Shown here: positions 58,008-64,000 of the stretch, piece by piece | Numbering within the stretch: the first letter of the stretch is position 1 | Layout: each line of letters opens with the position of its first letter | Assembly (NCBI GenBank): GCA_963780185.1 | Contig: CAWABA010000007.1 | Coordinates: 96,001 to 160,000 of the forward strand | Direction: 5' to 3' | DNA from: Candidatus Bathyarchaeota archaeon | GTDB taxonomy: Archaea > Thermoproteota > Bathyarchaeia > Bathyarchaeales > Bathycorpusculaceae | DNA: 64,000 bases | The notes under the pieces: model-generated | What the model was told of the DNA's origin: nothing | The model's input: only the letters and a program-made list of their open reading frames with translations | The model's database searches: none | Translations under genes and position numbers: made by a program

Positions 58008-58575
58008 TCAAATTGTCTCAGAACTCGTAAAAGTCTACAAAGTTGAAGATACGTATTACCCAAAATTCTCAATAGAAACAGATATCGAAGGAGGACTAAA
58101 TGGCGAAGCAAAGATAATTGTGAATGGTTTGTCTGAGTGCGGTTTCGATATTTCAACTGAGAATGTTTTTAAAATTATGGAAATAAAAAGGCTATTACTA
58201 AGCCGTTATCTATTGGACAAGGATGGCATTGAGTCAAAGCAAAAGTATACGAAATTACTTCTTGAAGAGATCAAACCAGTAGGTTCACTTTTGCCAATTG
58301 ATTTTTTGCTAGTGAATGGGGTTGTCGCCGTCACCCTGTATTTAGTTGCCCGCTTCGGCGGCAGCTTCATGGATGAAGCAGGCAAAATAGCAGCTCAGAA
58401 AGTTTTGGGCCAAAGCAAAAAAGCAGCTAAAAAACTCAATATGGATGTGTCGGAATACAATTATTTTATTGGGGAAATTCATTTGCTCATCCAAAACGGT
58501 GAATTGGAAAGGATAGTGAACCACGAAACACTAACTAAAAGCAAAAGCATTAGAAAGAAAACAAAGTTTGACTAA
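57997..58575 (+). CDS. Hypothetical protein with one central hydrophobic helix
   Basis: 11-nt overlap with the upstream gene; FLLVNGVVAVTLYLVARFGGSF segment. Confidence 0.7.
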   Translation: MGLNQIVSELVKVYKVEDTYYPKFSIETDIEGGLNGEAKIIVNGLSECGFDISTENVFKIMEIKRLLLSRYLLDKDGIESKQKYTKLLLEEIKPVGSLLPIDFLLVNGVVAVTLYLVARFGGSFMDEAGKIAAQKVLGQSKKAAKKLNMDVSEYNYFIGEIHLLIQNGELERIVNHETLTKSKSIRKKTKFD

Positions 58576-58708
58576 GTGCAGTCCGTCAAAGCGCGATGTA
58601 TTTTTTATGGTGCATGAATTCATGGCAAAATTAAAAGGGAACCACCGACACACTAGTTGACCAGCTGAAGATGAAGTTCAGTTTCTGGAAAATTGTGAGC
58701 CATTGATT

Positions 58709-59113
58709 TCATTTTCGTATTCGTAGTAGGTTTATGTTTGCGCCGTTGAATTCTTTGTCGCTGCCGACTACTAGTTTGGCTTTGTTGGCTTGGGCGGTGG
58801 CTACTGCGAAGGCGTCTGCTAGAGACATTGAATGTTTTGATTTGAGAAGGGCAGCTTCTCTCCACAGTCCGTCGTCTTCTATTGGAACGACTTTCAGGCC
58901 CATTTGTCGGAGCTTCTTCTCTTTTTCTTCCGCTAATTTCGGGTCTTTCCGACTGAGGATGTAATAGATTTCGGCTAGGTTGATTATGTTTATGTTGCCG
59001 TCGGCTGAGCCGTCACCGATCTGTTCAAGGATATCTTGAACAACTTCTGCTCCTTCTTCATTCAAATAGAAGGCAAGTAAGGCTTCTGCATCAAATGTGT
59101 AGTTTTCGGGCAC
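58709..59113 (-). CDS. vapC: VapC/PIN domain toxin
   Basis: FDAEALLA, NLAEIYY, SLADAFAVA and GSDKEF motifs; start uncertain. Confidence 0.9.
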   Translation of the reverse strand: MPENYTFDAEALLAFYLNEEGAEVVQDILEQIGDGSADGNINIINLAEIYYILSRKDPKLAEEKEKKLRQMGLKVVPIEDDGLWREAALLKSKHSMSLADAFAVATAQANKAKLVVGSDKEFNGANINLLRIRK

Positions 59114-59360
59114 GGCGTTCAAGCTTCCGCTCTTCTGCATATTCTTCTTTTCGCGCCTCTTCAAGAAGCTGCTTTGCGGTTTTTCCTTTGAAAATCTCCT
59201 TCAACGAGCCTCGTTCCTGGCTGGGCAAAGGTGCTGGTCTAAGAACGATTCCGCATTCGTTTTCTTCGAAGATGACCTTGTTCGTTATGCCATATTTCTG
59301 TCTTAATTTTTTAGGTATCGTCGCCTGCCCCTTTTTTGTGACTGAAACAACTTCAACCAT
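59091..59360 (-). CDS. AbrB/MazE-type antitoxin
   Basis: VTKKGQATIPKKLRQKYGI. Confidence 0.9.
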   Translation of the reverse strand: MVEVVSVTKKGQATIPKKLRQKYGITNKVIFEENECGIVLRPAPLPSQERGSLKEIFKGKTAKQLLEEARKEEYAEERKLERRARKLHI

Positions 59361-59515
59361 CCAAACGAACTCCAAGTAATAACATCTGAACCAGTAATAC
59401 TTAAACTTAATGGGAATACTATTCCGAAAAGTAGCACACCAGTTCAGCGTGCGAAAACAAGGGTTTACGGTAATATTAAAAGGGAACCGCTTACACCTTA
59501 AATATCCAGCTAAGG

Positions 59516-59896
59516 ATGAGTGTTATGAGTGCACCTGAAGTAAACATTTCCTACTCGCCATTCAAAGAAATTGTTGTTATGGAGAAAACCTTCTTCACCA
59601 CGCCTGAAGACATAGCAAGATTCACCTCCGTCATAGCAGGGGGCAAACTTGCGGGGCTTTACTGGGTTGAAGGCGTAGTCTTCCTATATTTCCCCCTCCC
59701 AGCATCAACAACCGCCGTGGCACGAGAGCTGCTGGAGAACCGCAAAGTTTTCTGGACGTTTGTCGGTTACTCGCTTATGCCAAAGTATGCGCAGACGATT
59801 GAAACTAAAGAAAGAATGATTGTTCCAGTCGTAGACATATCATCTGATCCTGTTCTGAAACAGGTTGCTATTTGGCTAAAAGAACAGCCGAAGTAA
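59516..59896 (+). CDS. Hypothetical protein
   Basis: Clean 126-aa ORF with upstream TATA-like TTAAATA, upstream of ribK on the same strand. Confidence 0.7.
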   Translation: MSVMSAPEVNISYSPFKEIVVMEKTFFTTPEDIARFTSVIAGGKLAGLYWVEGVVFLYFPLPASTTAVARELLENRKVFWTFVGYSLMPKYAQTIETKERMIVPVVDISSDPVLKQVAIWLKEQPK

Positions 59897-59915
59897 GCCT
59901 GTTGAAGGCTGATTT

Positions 59916-60302
59916 TTGCCGCAGATAACCTTCAAGGGCACGGTTTTTTCTGGCAGAGGCGAAGGACGAAAATTCATCGCTTTACCGTGGGTTAAGCGGC
60001 AGATAGAGCAAAAACTCGGGTTTACCCCATACGCTGGAACACTAAACATCCGCCTAACAAAAGAGAGCGCCCTGCAGAAAGGGATGCTTGAGAAAGCTGA
60101 AAAATTTGAGATTTCTCCCGAGAAAGGCTTCTGCACTGGATTCCTAATTAAAGCGTGCTTGGGGGATTTGATTTGCGGGATTGTGCTTCCGCAGGTGCCT
60201 AGTTATCCTCAAGATGTTTTGGAGGTTGTTGCCGCTTGGAATCTGCGGGAACGCCTCAAACTGGGGGACGGGAGAGAGGTCTGCGTCGCGGTTACTGTGT
60301 GA
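59916..60302 (+). CDS. ribK: CTP-dependent riboflavin kinase
   Basis: GTVFSGRGEG, GFTPYAGTLN and LEVVA..NLRERLKL.DG motifs. Confidence 0.92.
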   Translation: MPQITFKGTVFSGRGEGRKFIALPWVKRQIEQKLGFTPYAGTLNIRLTKESALQKGMLEKAEKFEISPEKGFCTGFLIKACLGDLICGIVLPQVPSYPQDVLEVVAAWNLRERLKLGDGREVCVAVTV

Positions 60303-61806
60303 CTGAGTTGCAGTTCTTTTTTATGAATGCTATGCGTTCGTCTGCAGCGCCGTACTTCTCAAGGTATTCGCCGTAGGTCACCAGTGCCTTCATCGCTCGG
60401 GCAGCAGCCTCAGGCGAAGAGTATGATGGAACGTTGAGTCTGTCGAAGCGTGAGCGGGTGTAGAGTGCCATTTCTGTTTCGCCGATATCGCACATAACGA
60501 TGGGTTTGTTGTATCTTGAGGCTATCATAACGATGCCGTCAATGTACTTCTCACGCAGTCCAGGCATATGATGGAGCCCAAGCAAGATTATGCCGTTAAT
60601 TTCTGGGTCCCGAAACATAACGTCCGCTGAGATAACGAATTGGTCATCAGTCACTGAGCCAGTAAGGTCAACGGGGTTTGATGTGGCGGAAATTTTGAGA
60701 ATTTGGTTAGTGTCTTTGAGCTGCTGGAACTCCGCCAGTATGTCGGGGGTGAATGTGTTGACGGTTAAGCCTAAAACCTCACATTCATCCACCGTCATGA
60801 CGCCAGGTCCACCTGCGTCGGTCAATATGCCCATGTTTCTCCCGACGGCTGGAGGCTGCATAGCGAGGGCTTTTCCCATGCCGAAGAAATCATCCATGTC
60901 CTGCGCCCTTATGACTCCAGATTGCTCGAAGGCGGCGTCGTAGATTTTGTCTGACCCAGCTATAGCGCCTGTGTGTGACGCTGCGGCTCGGGCGCCTGCG
61001 GAACTCCTTCCAGTTTTTATAACGACGACAGGTTTTTTGAGGGTTACTTTCTTTGCGATTTCCATGAATTCGCGCCCGTTCTTGACGTCTTCCAAGTACA
61101 TGAGCGTCACATGGGTTTCTTTGTCGTAGAGGAGGTAGTGAAGTATGTCTGATTCGTCTACGTCGCATTTGTTGCCGAAGCTAACGAATTTGCTTACACC
61201 CATCTGGCGACCTGTCAAGAAGTCAAGAGCTGCGGATCCGAAGGCGCCGCTTTGCGTAATCATCGCGATGTTGCCGGGCATCGGTCTTGGCGTCGCGACT
61301 ACTTCGTCGCCGGTGGTGAGGGTTTTGGTTTCGGGAAGGAAAAGGGTGTCGATGCCTGTTTTTGAATAGTAGACTCCGAGGCAGTTAGGTCCTAGGACGC
61401 GTATTCCGCCTTTCTTTGCGATTGCGACCACTTGCTCCTCAAGCGCTACGTTCCCAACTTCCTTGAAGCCAGCGCTGATTATGACGCAGGCTTTGACTTT
61501 TTTTGCGATGGCTTCCTCCATTACGCTCGGAACAACCGTTGCTGGAACGATGATGACGATTAAATCCACGTCGCCTGGAACGTCGCTTAAGCTTTTGAAA
61601 CATTTGAAGCCTAAGATTGAATCTTCGTTTGGATTAACTGGGTAAAGCTGTCCTTTGTAGACGCCACGTAGTTTGCTTGTTGAGAAGTTCTTGAAGATAA
61701 CGTGCCCTGCTTTATCGACTTTTTTTGTGGCGCCGATGACTGCCACTGTTTGAGGATTAAAGAAAGCATCCAACTTCCTTAATGCTTCTTCCATGTCACT
61801 TTTCAC
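60292..61806 (-). CDS. acdA: ADP-forming acetyl/acyl-CoA synthetase alpha subunit
   Basis: VAVIGA, GPNCLG, TQSGA, ASHTGAIAG and NPVDLTG motifs. Confidence 0.9.
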   Translation of the reverse strand: MKSDMEEALRKLDAFFNPQTVAVIGATKKVDKAGHVIFKNFSTSKLRGVYKGQLYPVNPNEDSILGFKCFKSLSDVPGDVDLIVIIVPATVVPSVMEEAIAKKVKACVIISAGFKEVGNVALEEQVVAIAKKGGIRVLGPNCLGVYYSKTGIDTLFLPETKTLTTGDEVVATPRPMPGNIAMITQSGAFGSAALDFLTGRQMGVSKFVSFGNKCDVDESDILHYLLYDKETHVTLMYLEDVKNGREFMEIAKKVTLKKPVVVIKTGRSSAGARAAASHTGAIAGSDKIYDAAFEQSGVIRAQDMDDFFGMGKALAMQPPAVGRNMGILTDAGGPGVMTVDECEVLGLTVNTFTPDILAEFQQLKDTNQILKISATSNPVDLTGSVTDDQFVISADVMFRDPEINGIILLGLHHMPGLREKYIDGIVMIASRYNKPIVMCDIGETEMALYTRSRFDRLNVPSYSSPEAAARAMKALVTYGEYLEKYGAADERIAFIKKNCNSVTQ

Positions 61807-61896
61807 CTTGTACCTGTACCGTATGTTGCCTCTGAAGTCTTGTTTTTATCTGTTACTCTTCTAAAATCAGGTTTTCTACTACAACATTATCGGTGC

Positions 61897-62757
61897 TCAT
61901 CTATTAACCTTCTTTACTACGCTTTTCCTAACGACGACCAGTGGCTTATGCTTGATTTTTGACAGCATCTCCCAGCTTACCCCGTTTACATCCACTTGAA
62001 ACCTGGAAGCCATATCCCAAACCGTCGCGCCTGAACCCGCACCCCTGGCTCTGTCAGCTATGTTGGTAATCGTCAACGCTTGACTGGCGTCAAGACTGCA
62101 ACCGGCGACCGCCAAAGGCGTCGAGCTTTTCTTGAGCTTAAGGACCCTGCCAATAACATAGGCTACAAGGCCGCCGAAAGAGTATATCCCCTTCATCGGT
62201 TTCGGTCTTGGCGTAAAAAAGAAGTTTCTGAACCTGTAAGTTTTGTCAGTATCAGCCACAACCACGCAGACGTTTCGCTTCAGCTTCAAAAGTATCCGCC
62301 GCTGGATTTCATCCGCCACCGCATCGGCGTTTTCTAAAGGCAAAGACACGTAGGCATAGGGGAGGTTGGAGCCATCGATTCCGCCTTCAGACCCAAACAT
62401 AAGCGCCTGCAAAACACCCGTCTGCTCCAGCGTCAACTGTTTATGTCGGCTGCCTGATTCAAACGGATAATTCCTCAGCCTAACCAACAGTCGCTGCCCA
62501 AAATGGCACATTACGCCGACGGGGTACCCCCAGGCAATTCGCATCCAAAAACGAGCTAAAACCTTGGCGGCTAAGGTGGGTTTCACGGTTTGTTCGTCTG
62601 CAATGTTGCCTTTTGCCGTTGAAACTGCCTTTTCGGAGATGACTACGAAGTCGTCGTTTTCAAGTTTCCCATCTAAAGCCTCGATTACCTTTGCGACGTA
62701 ATCGTCTTTGGGTTTCCAGTAACTGGTACAGACCGCCAGGGCGTAGTACTTAACCAT
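61897..62757 (-). CDS. Coenzyme F420-0:glutamate ligase (CofE)-like protein
   Basis: VVISEKAVS, GGIDGSN and VADTD motifs. Confidence 0.75.
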   Translation of the reverse strand: MVKYYALAVCTSYWKPKDDYVAKVIEALDGKLENDDFVVISEKAVSTAKGNIADEQTVKPTLAAKVLARFWMRIAWGYPVGVMCHFGQRLLVRLRNYPFESGSRHKQLTLEQTGVLQALMFGSEGGIDGSNLPYAYVSLPLENADAVADEIQRRILLKLKRNVCVVVADTDKTYRFRNFFFTPRPKPMKGIYSFGGLVAYVIGRVLKLKKSSTPLAVAGCSLDASQALTITNIADRARGAGSGATVWDMASRFQVDVNGVSWEMLSKIKHKPLVVVRKSVVKKVNR

Positions 62758-62963
62758 CGGCTCGGCACGTTCACAATGCAGTTCCAACTCACACTTAATA
62801 AAATGTCTTGTCTCAAACCCCCCAAAAACCCAATTGCCACATTCTTTAGTTAGGTCGCCGTCAGCTTCCGAGATGCCACCCTCTTTTTTTGCCCTTAACG
62901 TAGGAAAATCTTAAAACCCAAGAAAACAAGCTTTGAAGCAAAAAATGGGGCATTTAGTGAAGC

Positions 62964-63698
62964 ATGGGGCAATACGGAAAAATCGTAATTTACATGATGC
63001 ATGATTACCCGTTCGTCTACGAGTTGTTGGGGAGTGCAGCTGGGTCTCTGCTCAAAGTGAGGGCGCATGGAACCGTAAAGACAGAGGAGCTAATCGGCGT
63101 AATCTCCAACGTTTTTGCCCCCTTGAAGCCGCTGGGCTGGTCGATTAGTCTTCAGCAGGTTAAGCGGGAAATAGTTACTTTGCTGTCGATTCTTCGAAGA
63201 GAAAATGTTCATTCGATGATGGAGATTGGCACTCGGAATGGGGGAACGCTGTTTCTTTTCAGCTGGACGTTGCCGTCCGACGCGAAAATGCTTAGTTTAG
63301 ATTTACCCAGTGAACAGTCGATTAAACGTGGTTACGACCGCTTCAAGACATCTTACCTATCTAACTTTATCCAGAAAAGCCAACAGTTGACGCTTGTGAG
63401 AGGCGACTCCCACAGCCCCACGAGCTTTGCGAAAGTAAAATCTGCTTTGAAGGGGGAGCTGGATTTTCTTTTTATCGACGGCGACCACACGTATGAGGGA
63501 GTCAAAAAAGACTTTGAAATGTACAGTCCGCTGGTGCGAAGAGGCGGCTTGGTCGCGTTTCATGACATCTGTGGTCACCACCTCGGCGTCAGCGAAGTAG
63601 ACCGATACTGGGCAGAAATAAAAAACAGCTATCGCCACACCGAAATCATTGAAGACCCCCAACAAAAATGGGCAGGCATCGGACTACTCTACGTCTAA
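62964..63698 (+). CDS. Class I SAM-dependent methyltransferase
   Basis: MEIGTRNGGT, LFIDGDHTYEGV and GGLVAFHD motifs. Confidence 0.88.
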   Translation: MGQYGKIVIYMMHDYPFVYELLGSAAGSLLKVRAHGTVKTEELIGVISNVFAPLKPLGWSISLQQVKREIVTLLSILRRENVHSMMEIGTRNGGTLFLFSWTLPSDAKMLSLDLPSEQSIKRGYDRFKTSYLSNFIQKSQQLTLVRGDSHSPTSFAKVKSALKGELDFLFIDGDHTYEGVKKDFEMYSPLVRRGGLVAFHDICGHHLGVSEVDRYWAEIKNSYRHTEIIEDPQQKWAGIGLLYV

Positions 63699-63717
63699 CG
63701 AAAGTCCTCAGGATCTT

Positions 63718-64000
63718 TTAGAACAGGGCGTAGGGGTACCGTAGGTTGTTTTGGTATAGTTTGCCTTTTATGGGGATTGCTTGTCCGCAGACGGGGCATT
63801 TCATGTCGGCTGTGAGTTTCCATTGTGTTATGTCGTAGCCTTCGCGTCTGATTATTGCTTCGTCGCAGTTGGGGCAGTAAGTGTTTTCGGATGCGTGACC
63901 TGGCACGTTGCCGAGGTAAACGTAGTTTAACCCTGCGTGTTTTGCGGTCATGTAGGCTTTCTCCATGTCTTGAATGTCTGTCGCCGGAACCGTGGTCAGC
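63718..64000 (-). CDS. AmmeMemoRadiSam system radical SAM enzyme, C-terminal part
   Basis: GLNYVYLGNVPG..ENTYCPNC...IRR.GY...CPVCG; the gene begins beyond the window. Confidence 0.82.
   Translation of the reverse strand, partial: LTTVPATDIQDMEKAYMTAKHAGLNYVYLGNVPGHASENTYCPNCDEAIIRREGYDITQWKLTADMKCPVCGQAIPIKGKLYQNNLRYPYALF

Overview
Archaeal chromosomal window, most likely Bathyarchaeia. The call rests on form III RuBisCO with the AMP-salvage genes, the rps15-DHH-pcc1 cluster, a zinc-ferredoxin, a TrmB regulator facing a large secreted beta-propeller protein, and frequent TTG/GTG starts. Housekeeping content includes an oxidative and copper stress cluster (sod, rubrerythrin, FprA, OsmC, PDO, CopA), the R15P isomerase/RuBisCO/AMP phosphorylase pathway, an MvhD-polyferredoxin plus NfnAB operon, tRNA-Val(UAC), glucan phosphorylase, gcvH, ino1, ribK and acdA. 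The most unusual signals are six. (1) A modular ~165-bp non-coding element occurs in three full and two partial copies, with a co-varying palindrome and near-fixed length. (2) An AT-rich island holds a C39-like peptidase, a wHTH-like protein and a membrane protein in a coupled three-gene operon between two toxin-antitoxin modules. (3) A HEPN-MNT module is flanked by a duplicated ino1 promoter and 5' end whose coding differences are all synonymous. (4) Tandem AGTCAAG-N4-YTTGACT sites precede two paralogous secreted-protein genes. (5) A 7 x 10-bp phased AACG array lies between convergent genes. (6) nfnA appears to start at ACG. Four single-base insertion frameshifts are probably sequencing errors. 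All family calls are by motif recognition, not database search.
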